Of a stretch of DNA of 64,000 bases, positions 1-11,473 are shown piece after piece. The notes below the pieces were generated by a model. The model had not been told where the DNA came from, did not search any database, and saw only the letters and a list, made by a program, of their open reading frames with translations. The stretch is taken from contig NC_047029.1 of the NCBI RefSeq assembly GCF_902652985.1, forward strand, positions 34,658,001 to 34,722,000, read 5' to 3'. This DNA is from Pecten maximus. Lineage: Eukaryota. Numbering within the stretch: position 1 is the first letter of the stretch; each line of letters begins with the position of its first letter. A program made the translations under genes and the position numbers.

Positions 1-156
1 TATTTCAGTGTCTTGTAATGAGTAAACTTTTGAGTGTACTCTCTATACAAGACTAAGTTTATGTGGTGTCCACAGGGCTCAACAAAGTTTGTGAGGGTGG
101 GAGTTATACTGGAATCAGTTTGTCAATCTGTCTGTTATCAAAACTAATTCGTAGTG

Positions 157-878
157 TCAGATGACCTATTGCGATCGCCTTTTGTCCGGCGTCTTGCGTC
201 GTCCGCCATACATCGTTCGTCCGTCTTGCGTCGTAAACAATTTACATTCTTGACTTCTTCTCCAAAACCGCTGAACCGAATTCAATGAAATTTGGCAGGA
301 AGCTTCCATGGTCAAATGTCAACCACAACTGTGAATTATATGGTCCCCGACCACCAGGGGCCTGAGGCCTAGGGGCGTGGCTAACATTTCAAAAATCTTC
401 TCAACTCCAAGATATGGTAGAATTGAATACTGATCATCCTCACAGATAGAAAGGTCTTCAGGTCCTTTACCAAAATTGAATTTCATGACCCTGGGGAGAG
501 GGTAAAGTTTACTATAGTTTATATAGGGAAATCACATTTTTGAGCATTATTTGTTTCAATTGCCATTGGAAATAATACAAACTTGGTAAGAATTATCAGT
601 GTTGGATGCCTGTTGTAAACTATATGTATATTAGCACTGACTGACATCCATGGGCTTATGGGTGGCACCAAATTGGGTCAAATTAACTGGAATTACAAAA
701 AACTTCTCAAAACCCAAATAAGGTAGAATCAAATATTCTTCAGCATGGATGACAGCTTGATGGTATGCACATGTTGGCCCTGACTGACACCTTTGGCTTA
801 TGGGTGGGGCCTAAAAAGGTCAATTAACTTAAATATTTCAAAAACTCAGGTGATCGTTAAGGCCCATGGGCCTCTTGT
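157..878. mobile_element. Non-autonomous Helentron-like element (HINE type) in a METTL2 intron
   Basis: Starts TCAGATGACCTATTG followed by a CGTC/GTCC microsatellite and degenerate core repeats; ends CTCAGGTGATCG...GGCCCATGGGCCTCTTGT. This is the usual bivalve HINE layout. Confidence 0.65.
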
Positions 879-1133
879 TGTTGTTTTGTTATATTATTGC
901 ATTTTACTGTAATTTGCATACATTGTAATACCCAATCTGGATTTTGCTTGTATTCCTTTAAACATCAGTGTGCCATTGACAGACTTTTTTATATTCCTAT
1001 TCATGAAGTAACATTTGTGTATCTCTCTATTCCCAAGATACTATAAGATTGAAATAAACTTAAAATCACTATATATATACCTCAGAAAATATATCGAACG
1101 AAACTTCATATATGAGATATGGTTATATTACAG

Positions 1134-4100
1134 GTTGGGTGTGGAGTAGGCAACACTGTGTTCCCCGTCCTCCGTACAAACAACGACCCTAACTTAATGG
1201 TTTATTGCTGTGACTTTTCATCCACTGCCATACAACTTGTTAAGGTAAGAAGGTGTGTTATTGTACATGGTAACAGTTGACTTGAGTTTGAGACCAGCTT
1301 CTGTTTTGCTGATTGAGGTCATCCGATCCTCTTGCATGATGAAATGATTTGTGAAGATATCGAGGTAAAAAAAATCCATTATAATGAAAGCCAGCCCATA
1401 GAGGATAATCAAACTGGGCATACTTGTTCCAGGTCACAAGTATACTGTACAGTTGATTAATGCCAATAGGATCTTCAGTATCCCTTCCACAAAACATTGT
1501 CCATTTTAATTGATATAATTCTATAATGTGTAATGAAAAAAACATGTGAAGCTTTCTTTTACCTGAAGTATTTTACCAGAAATGGGATTTTTGTTTGATT
1601 CCTTTATGTGAGTTCAGGTCAGGGGTCAAGGTTACTTCAAGTCATTAGAGGATATATATACAATCAGTCTTAAGTTATGATTCCAATCATGAAAAGATTT
1701 TACATTCAAACTCTTTTATGTTGTTTTGTTAACTTTTCAATGTTCTTAATATTTATTGTCAATTTGAGAGCACTTGCCATTGTCCATCATATTAATTAGT
1801 ATTATTGTCCATCATATTAATTAGTATTATTGTCCATCATATTAATTAGTATTATTGTCCATCATATTAATTAGTATTATTGTCCATCATATTAATTAGT
1901 ATTATTGCCCCTGTAGGAACATCCAGAGTATACCTCAAAGAGATGCCACGCCTTTGTGTGCGACATCACCGACAGCTCAACACCTTTACCCTTCCCAGAG
2001 GCGAGTCTCGATCTGGTCATCCTCATATTTGTTTTGTCAGCAATTCACCCAGAACGGTATGTAGGAACCTAGTTAACAGTAACAGAACAATTTTCATATT
2101 TATCTACAAATAAGCCCCCTTCTTCATGCTCACAAAATCATAGCTATATTAAGCTAAAAGTTGCAAATCAGCTCTCGAGCCCCAAACTTTTTACTAGGAG
2201 AGGCCCTGGGCTTACTTGAGGATAAATATAGCCTCTCAGGCAATGAATGTATGCTGAAGTATCTGTAACAGCATTCCACAATGAACCCACTGAGTTAATT
2301 AAACCCAGTGTTCACTCAATCAGCTAACTCATGTTTCATTTCATGTAATCTTACACTCAAATTGATAAGGGGAGATAAATCAATATGTAAAACAGTCAGA
2401 ATCCTACCTAAATAGGAGCAGGTTCTACATTAATAATGTATTGTTAGTTATATTAGTAATGTTATCAGGTTTCTACAATAGAAACATTATAGAAACACTT
2501 AGTCTATCTAATGAATGATTACATTTGTTAGCATTTATATATATGTATTTCAGAATGCAGCATGTTATTGACACATTAGCCAAGCATCTGAAGCCAGGAG
2601 GGACAATCATGTTTCGTGATTATGGCCGATATGATTTAGCACAACTACGGTTCAAAAAAGGTGAGGGGTGTGGTATGGTTAATTGTGGACTTACCCTTGA
2701 AACATTTTTTATGTAAAAACCTACCAGTAAAATTGTAAAATCTGGAAAAAAAACCTGAATATTTCCACATATTTTGCCATATCAATACTCCCAGAATTCT
2801 TTTAAATGTATATGCCAAATAAGACTGGTATGGTAAGTACTAAATAATTCTGAACAGACTTTTAAAAAATTTAGAAAGGTATGAAGTGCTGAAAAACTTT
2901 AGTGTTATATATACACATTTACGTATAAGACGGATGGGAATGAAACCTATCGTCCCTCCAGTTTAAACAGCAGGGGACTATTGCTTTACAGTAAAATTAC
3001 CCTACAATACTGTTTGATTATTGGGTCCATCTACTGACTTTGAGTGTGTTGGCCCTGGGTTTATTGTACGAATCAGTATAAGGACTACGATATAGTATAA
3101 GGACTAAGATACAGTATAAGGACTACGATATAGTATAAGGACTAAGATACAGTATAAGGACTAAGATACAGTATAAGGACTAAGATACAGTATAAGGACT
3201 AAGATACAGTATAAGGACTAAGATACAGTATAAGGACTACGATACAGTATAAGGACTACGATACAGTATAAGGACTAGGATACAGTATAAGGACTAAGAT
3301 ACAGTATAAGGACTACGATACAGTATAAGGACTAAGATACAGTATAAGGACTAAGATACAGTATAAGGACTACGATACAGTATAAGGACTAAGATACAGT
3401 ATAAGGACTAAGATACAGTATAAGGATTAAGATACAGTATAAGGACTACGATACAGTGTAAGGACTAATATACAGTATAAGGACTACGATACAGTATAAG
3501 GACTAAGATACAGTATAGGGACTACGATACAGTAAAATGACTAAGATACAGTATAAGGACTACGATACAGTATAAGGACTAAGATACAGTATAAGGACTA
3601 AGATACAGTATAAGGACTTAGATACAGTATAAGGACTTAGATACAGTATAAGACTACGATACAGTATCAGGACTAAGATACAGTATAAGGACTAAGATAC
3701 ATTATAAGGACTAAGATACGGTATAAGGTCTAAGATACAGTATAAGGACTAAGATACAGTATAAGGACTAAGATACAGTATAAGGACTACAAAACAGTAT
3801 AAGGACTAAGATACAGTATAAGGACTACGATACAGTATAAGGACTAAGATACAGTATAAGGACTACGATACAGTATCAGGACTAAGATACAGTATAAGGA
3901 CTACGATACAGTATAAGGACTAAGATACAGTATAAGGACTAAGATACAGTATAATGACTAAATTACAGTATAAGGACTAAGATACAGTATAAGGACTAAG
4001 ATACAGTATAAGGACTAAGATACAGTTATAAGGACTAAGATACAGTATAATGACTAAGATACAGTATAAGGACTAAGATACAGTATAAGGACTACGATAC

Positions 4101-7100
4101 AGTATAAGGACTAAGATACAGTTTAAGGACTAAGATACAGTATAAGGACTAAGATACAGTGTAAGGACTACGATACAGTATAAGGACTAAGATACAGTTT
4201 AAGGACTAAGATACAGTATAAGGACTACGATACAGTATAAGGACTACGATACAGTATAAGGACTAAGATAAGTCCTGATACAGTATAAGGACTAAGATAC
4301 AGTATAAGGACTACGATACAGTGTAAGGACTAAGATACAGTTTAAGAACTACGATACAGTATAAGGACTAACTTATATACAGTATAAGGACTACGATACA
4401 GTATAAGGAGTAAGATACAGTATAAGGACTACGATACAGTATAAGGACTAAGATACAGTATAAGGACTACTATACAGTATAAGGACTACGATACAGTATA
4501 AGGACTAAGATACAGTATAAGGACTAAGATACAGTATAAGGACTACGATACAGTATAAGGACTAAGATACTGTATAAGGACTAAGATACAGTATAAGGAC
4601 TACGATACAGTATAAGGACTAGGATACAGTATAAGGACTAAGATACAGTATAAGGACTAAGATACAGTATAAGGACTAAGATACAGTATAAGGACTAAGA
4701 TACAGTATAAGGACTACGATACAGTATAAGGACTAAGATACAGTATAAGGACTAAGATACAGTATAAGGACTAAGATACAGTATAAGGACTAAGATACAG
4801 TATAAGGACTACGATACAGTATAAGGACTACGATACAGTATAAGGACTACGATACAGTATAAGGACTAAGATACAGTATAAGGACTACGATACAGTATAA
4901 GGACTAAGATACAGTATAAGGACTACGATACAGTATAAGGACTACGATACAGTATAAGGACTACGATACAGTATAAGGACTAAGATACAGTATAAGGACT
5001 AAGATACAGTATAAGGACTAAGATACAGTATAAGGACTAAGATACAGTATAAGGACTACGATACAGTATAAGGACTACGATACAGTATAAGGACTAAGAT
5101 ACAGTATAAGGACTAAGATACAGTATAAGGACTAAGATACAGTATAAGGACTACGATACAGTATAAGGACTACGATACAGTATCAGGACTACGATACAGT
5201 ATAAGGACTAAGATACAGTATAAGGACTACGATACAGTATAAGGACTAAGATACAGTATAAGGACTACGATACAGTATAAGGACTAAGATACAGTATAAG
5301 GACTACGATACAGTATAAGGACTAAGATACAGTATAAGGACTAAGATACAGTATAAGGACTAAGATACAGTATAAGGACTACGATACAGTATAAGGACTA
5401 GGATACAGTATAAGGACTACGATACAGTATAAGGACTAAGATACAGTATAAGGACTAAGATACAGTATAAGGACTAAGATACAGTATAAGGACTAAGATA
5501 CAGTATAAGGACTACGATACAGTATAAGGACTAAGATACAGTATAAGGACTACGATACAGTATAAGGACTAAGATACAGTATAAGGACTACGATACAGTA
5601 TAAGGACTAAGATACAGTATAAGGACTAGATACAGTATAAGGACTACGATACAGTATAAGGACTAAGATACAGTATAAGGACTACGATACAGTATAAGGA
5701 CTAAGATACAGTATAAGGACTACGATACAGTATAAGGACTAAGATACAGTATAAGGACTAAGATACAGTATAAGGACTAAGATACAGTATAAGGACTTAG
5801 ATACAGTATAAGGACTTAGATACAGTATAAGACTACGATACAGTATCAGGACTAAGATACAGTATAAGGACTAAGATACATTATAAGGACTAAGATACGG
5901 TATAAGGACTAAGATACAGTATAAGGACTACGATACAGTATAAGGACTAAGATACAGTATAAGGACTACGATACAGTATAAGGTCTAAGATACAGTATAA
6001 GGACTAGGATACAGTATAACGACTAAGATACAGTATAAGGACTACGATACAGTATAAGGACTAAGATACAGTATAAGGACTAAGATACAGTATAAGGACT
6101 ACGATACAGTATAAGGACTAAGATACAGTATAAGGACTACGATACAGTATAAGGACTAAGATACAGTATAAGGACTAAGATACAGTATAAGGACTAAGAT
6201 ACAGTATAAGGACTACGATACAGTATAAGGACTAAGATACAGTATAAGGACTACGATACAGTATAAGGACTAAGATACAGTATAAGGACTACGATACAGT
6301 ATCAGGTCTAAGATACAGTATAAGGACCATGATACAGTATAAGGACTAAGATACAGTATAAGGTCTAAGATACAGTATAAGGACTACGATACAGTATAAG
6401 GACTAAGATATAGTATAAGGACTACGATACAGTATAAGGACTTCGATACAGTATAAGGACTAAGATACAGTATAAGGACTACGATACAGTATAAGGACTA
6501 CAATACAGTATAAGGACTACGATACAGTATAAGGACTAAGATACAGTATCAGAACTAAGATACAGTATAAGGACTAAGATACAGTATAATGACTAAGATA
6601 CAGTATAAGGACTACGATACAGTATAAGGACTACGATACAGTTTAAGGACTAAGATACAGTTTAAGGACTACGATACAGTATAAGGACTACGATACAGTT
6701 TAAGGACGGCTGTATCAAAGCTATATCATTGTGTATTTAATTAGTCCACTACCTTCACTTTTAGCTTCCGGACTGTAAATATGGCATATCACAAGGCAAA
6801 CAAGAACATGAGTTGAAAATAGTTTGATGAAACATCTGAATATTCTATTTTTGAAATTATATGTGGTGTACATTAAAATCGTTGAATTCTCTGTATAATT
6901 ACAGGTAGATGTCTATCGGAGAACTTCTATGTACGGGGAGATGGAACCAGGGTGTATTTCTTCACCCAAGGTATAGTTTCCTCAAACATTAACACCTGAC
7001 TTTAGGTCTTGAAATCCTTTAAGTAATTTCTATAGTCTGAGCTAAATCAATAACACATACTCAAAACAAGAGGCTCAATGGGCCTGCATCACTCACCTGG

Positions 7101-7832
7101 TATTCACTGCCTTAATGGTTCTCTATCTTTCAGTTAATCAAAAATACTTGTTTATGTCCTTTAACAAATTTGACTCTGTGACCTCTAATATGGGTCAAGG
7201 TTATTTCTTTGCACCAACTTTGTTGTCCCAAGAACTTACTGTATAAGTCGATTGATGGTTTTCCATAAATTTTGTATTGTTTATCGTTTCCTTTGACTTT
7301 GAATAATGGTCAAGGTTATTTATTTCTGCAAACCTTGTTGGGCATCATACCAGGAACCTACCAACCAGCCGAATATTTCAAATTTAGGCCTTTCAGTTAA
7401 TCAGAAAAAGGAAAGAAATGCCTTTATTATCAGTAAATATTCTAAAAGTACGTTTTGTATATGGTTGTAAAAATGTTTTATTGTATGGTGAAAAAAAGTA
7501 TAAGTGTATATCTTTCTGTAATACTTGATACTCATGTCTGCCTTTGCATTTTTTCAGATGAATTAAAAGACATGTTTACGAAAGCAGGTTTAAAAGAAAA
7601 ACAGAACTACATTGACAGACGACTACAGGTGAATCGAGGACGACAACTCAAGATGTATCGGGTGTGGATTCAGTGTAAATACACAAAACCTGACTGTACA
7701 CAGGTTCATGTAACTGGTGATGAAGGGGAGACAACCCAAAATGTATCCGGTGTGGATGGTACGCTGACCCCAGAGGTCGCTGGTGACCAAGGGGAGATAA
7801 CTCAAGATACACCAAGTGTGGATTCAGTATAA
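1134..7832 (+). CDS. METTL2: tRNA N3-methylcytidine methyltransferase METTL2 (Trm140 family), last 5 exons; 5' exons lie upstream of the window
   Basis: GT-AG exons 1134-1244 ([40 protein letters not shown] motif I), 1917-2056 ([17 protein letters not shown]...[11 protein letters not shown]), 2554-2660 ([35 protein letters not shown]), 6905-6970 ([22 protein letters not shown]) and 7558-7832 (DELKDMF...[23 protein letters not shown]...stop). Phases join in frame. Motifs fit the METTL2/6/8 family, closest to METTL2. Confidence 0.92.
1779..1908. repeat. 25-bp minisatellite, about 5 perfect copies (TGTCCATCATATTAATTAGTATTAT)
   Basis: The unit recurs at 1781, 1806, 1831, 1856 and 1881, and ends a few nt before the acceptor AG at 1915-1916. 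Confidence 0.95.
3074..6707. repeat. 19-bp tandem satellite, about 190 copies (CAGTATAAGGACTA[A/C]GATA), inside a METTL2 intron
   Basis: Directly visible 19-nt period over about 3.6 kb of the 4.2-kb intron 2661-6904. Confidence 0.98.
7067..7410. mobile_element. Truncated HINE-like fragment
   Basis: Begins ACAAGAGGCTCAATGGGCCTGCATCACTCACCTG, the reverse complement of the HINE end type seen at 845-878, followed by degenerate TGACCT/GGTCAAGG cores. Confidence 0.5.
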
Positions 7833-8542
7833 ATGTACACACCAGATAACAAGGCCTTTGATACCACACTATTAGAGCACAGTTTTCGTTTATCAAAGTC
7901 AAAATGGTTGGACCAGATTTGTTCTTGTATGATATAAGGACGGACCTGGTGATTTTTGTTGTTTTCCGACGAGCCTTGACAAAGACTTTCTAGGCCTGTA
8001 TTAACATTGACAGGTCCGTCAAGAGCTATATCTGAAATATTACACATTACACATTATCTGCATGAACAAACAGGATCCTGGTCTCTGGAACTGAGAAGCA
8101 GACGTCGGATGCCTATTCACCTTTAAGAAGTCGGGAATACAGTGTACTTCTGGTTTACAAATATTCTTTGGGCAATTCAAGAGAAACATCAAAAAAACAT
8201 TTGAAGATGGAATTGAACATTTTATTTTTGTGTTTTAAATGACTCTGTTCCATCTTGCACATACTTATTCTGGAATTTACACGAGGCATTTTAATATAAT
8301 TGTGTGTGCACAATAAAAAATATCTCAGAAATGTGCATCTGTAGATCTGATGTTGATCTGATACTTGAGAAAGCAAAACATTCTGGGCTTTTATCTACAG
8401 TGATTGCCAGGTATTTGTTGTTTTTATGAAAAATCAAAAATGGAAATTTTACAACAAGAAATGTAATACTAATAATTAATGACAAACTCTTGTTATAGTA
8501 CATACATTCATCTGTACAAAATGTGTAGAAAATCTGTCAGAG

Positions 8543-8563
8543 AATAAAGTGTTTTTATTTATT
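8543..8563. terminator. Candidate back-to-back polyadenylation signals for convergent METTL2 (+) and RPP25L (-)
   Basis: AATAAA on + at 8543-8548; TTTATT (AATAAA on -) at 8554-8559 and 8558-8563. Confidence 0.4.
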
Positions 8564-9031
8564 CATTCGTTTCTTATATGTGTGACTGAAAATGGGATTT
8601 TTTTTTTAAGAGACATATATTTACACTTGTAAAGTGTTGTCACTATATAACAATACCAGACCGATTTGTTTACCATTCTTGCATGGAAACATTGACCTTT
8701 GAACTTGCGTATGAAAATATGACAGGGTACGGGAACTACTTTCGTCAAGCACATGGCTTTACAATTTAAGTTACAAAGGGTTATTTTTTAATTTGAAAAT
8801 GTATAAAAATAACATGTTTGACAATATTAAATATGATAATCTATCAAAATGTTTTTGTTATTTATGTTAATATCATTATAAAAAAGTCTCAATTTGTTGT
8901 GAAGCGTCACCATTGGCTGTTCTAATAATTGACTCCTCCCACTGTGTCCGACTTTTATATGATTTTTTTTATTTACAAAGAAAAAATATTGTAATCACAA
9001 AGACTTATAGAAACAACATCCATAAGTGTAA

Positions 9032-9182
9032 ATATAGGGATTTGATTTCACTTTGATGTTAACCATGCTTTTATGGAGCAATTCCTCTAAGAATATATTC
9101 TAAATGGGGCGCTGGCAATATTCTTAGAGGAATTGCTCCATAAAAGCATGGTTAACATAAAAGTGAAATCAAATCCCTATAT
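9032..9182. mobile_element. 151-bp near-perfect palindrome, MITE-like
   Basis: Arms 9032-9096 and 9118-9182 (65 bp, one mismatch), 21-nt spacer, TA-rich ends. Confidence 0.7.
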
Positions 9183-9711
9183 AAAGACAAATACATTGTA
9201 TGTACATATGTATACAACATTATCTCCTGAACCCACAATGTATGGAATTATTCCTCACGTCCCCGTGGGGACAGTTCACTGTTCAATATACCTGTCAAAT
9301 TTTTGACAGAAGTATAAGACGTTGTGGTGTCATCCGTCCGGCATAAACTTCTGTTTGTCCTGAGATCTCCTGTCAAGACTTTAAAATTTTATCGACATAA
9401 AATTCAGGTGAAGAAATACGAAAACATGTACAACTGACCATGAAGTATTGAGCAAGTGATGATAAAACTTTGATGAAGTAGGTGGAGAAGGCTTGGTAGA
9501 CATTTGTCTGTCCACCTGAATGATAGTGTAGACACTACTGGGAGGCTTATTATATTATCAATTTACTAAAGACTGAGTAAATACTTATTCAGTTTTATAT
9601 TTAAATGGGACATTACAGTCTGATATAAATGAAACATCATAGTACCAGCAGTATAAGTCTCTGAGATTGCCATGTTAACACACTGTACCACAGTTTCTCA
9701 TGTTGTGTAGA

Positions 9712-11420
9712 AATCTTCCCTCCACAGTCAATATCAGCTAATCTTCCCTCCACAGTCAATATCAGCTAATCTTTCCTCCACAGTCAATATAAGGTAATCT
9801 TCCCTCCACAGTCAATATAAGCTAATCTTCCCTCCACAGTCAATATCAGCTAATCTTTCCTCCACAGTCGATATCAGCTAATCTTCCCTCCACAGTCAAT
9901 ATCAGCTAATCTTCCCTCCACAGTCAATATCAGCTAATCTTTCCTCCACAGTCGATATCAGCTAATCTTTCCTCCACAGTTAATATAAGCTAATCTTCCC
10001 TCCACAGTCAATATCAGCTAATCTTTCCTCCAGTTAATATAAGCTAATCTTTCCTCCACAGTCAATATCGGCTAATCTTCCCTCCACAGTTAATATCAGC
10101 TAATCTTCCCTCCACAGTCAATATCAGCTAATCTTCCCTCCACAGTCAATATCAGCTAATCTTTCCTCCACAGTCAATATCAGCTAATCTTCCCTCCACA
10201 GTCAATATCGGCTAATCTTCCCTCCAGTCAATATAAGCTAATCTTCCCTCCACAGTCAATATCAGCTAATCTTCCCTCCACAGTCAATATCAGCTAATCA
10301 TTCCTCCACAGTCAATATCAGCTAATCTTCCCTCCACAGTCAATATCAGCTAATCTTCCCTCCACAGTCAATATCAGCTAATCTTCCGTCCACAGTCAAT
10401 ATCAGCTAATCTTTCCCTCCACAGTTAATGTCAGCTAATCTTCCCTCCACAGTCAATATCAGCTAATCTTCCCTCCACAGTTAATGTCAGCTAATCTTCC
10501 CTCCAGTTAATATCAGCTAATCTTTCTTCAACAGTCAATATAAGCTATATAAAGATTAAATCTTTCTTCCACAATTAATGTCAGCTAATCTTCCCTCCAC
10601 AGTTAATATCAGCTAATCTTCCCTCCACAGTCAATATCAGCTAATCTTCCGTCCACAGTCAATATCAGCTAATCTTCCCTCCACAGTTAATATCAGCTAA
10701 TCTTCCCTCCACAGTCAATATCAGCTAATCTTCCCTCCACAGTCAATATCAGCTAATCTTCCCTCCACAGTCAATATCAGCTAATCTTTCCTCCACAGTC
10801 AATATCGGCTAATCTTTCCTCCACAGTCAATATCAGTTAATCTTTCCTCCACAGTCAATATCAGCTAATCTTCCCTCCACAGTCAATATCAGCTAATCTT
10901 CCCTCCACAATCAATATCAGCTAATCTTTCCTCCACAGTCAATATCAGCTAATCTTCCCTCCACAGTCAATATCGGCTAATCTTCCCTCCACAGTCAATA
11001 TCAGCTAATCTTTCCTCCACAGTCAATATCGGCTAATCTTCCCCCCACAGTCAATATCGGCTAATCTTTCCTACACAGTCAATATCAGCTAATCTTCCCT
11101 CCACAGTCGATATCAGCTAATCTTCCCTCCACAGTCAATGTCAGCTAATCTTTCCTCCACAGTCAATATCAGCTAATCTTCCCTCCACAGTCAATATCAG
11201 CTAATCTTTCTTCAACACTTAATATCAGCTAATCTTTCTTCAACAGTCAATATAAGCTATATAAAGATTAAATCTTTCTTCCACAATTAATGTCAGCTAA
11301 TCTTCCCTCCACAGTCAATATCAGCTAATCTTCCCTCCACAGTCAATATCAGCTAATCTTTCCTCCACAGTTAATATATCGGCTAACCTTCCTCCACAGT
11401 CAATATCAGCTAACCACAGG
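9712..11420. repeat. 28-bp tandem satellite, about 60 copies (CTAATCTTCCCTCCACAGTCAATATCAG)
   Basis: Directly visible; begins about 55 nt downstream of the RPP25L stop codon on the minus strand. Confidence 0.97.
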
Positions 11421-11473
11421 TAATAATCGGCTAACTTTGTTTGTCTACTGTACATGTGTCACATTACAGCTGT

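Noticed and set aside
3074-6707. CRISPR-like repeat array
   Set aside because: Units are head-to-tail with no unique spacers, lie in a spliceosomal intron, and have no cas genes nearby. The same applies to the 28-, 40- and 155-bp arrays.
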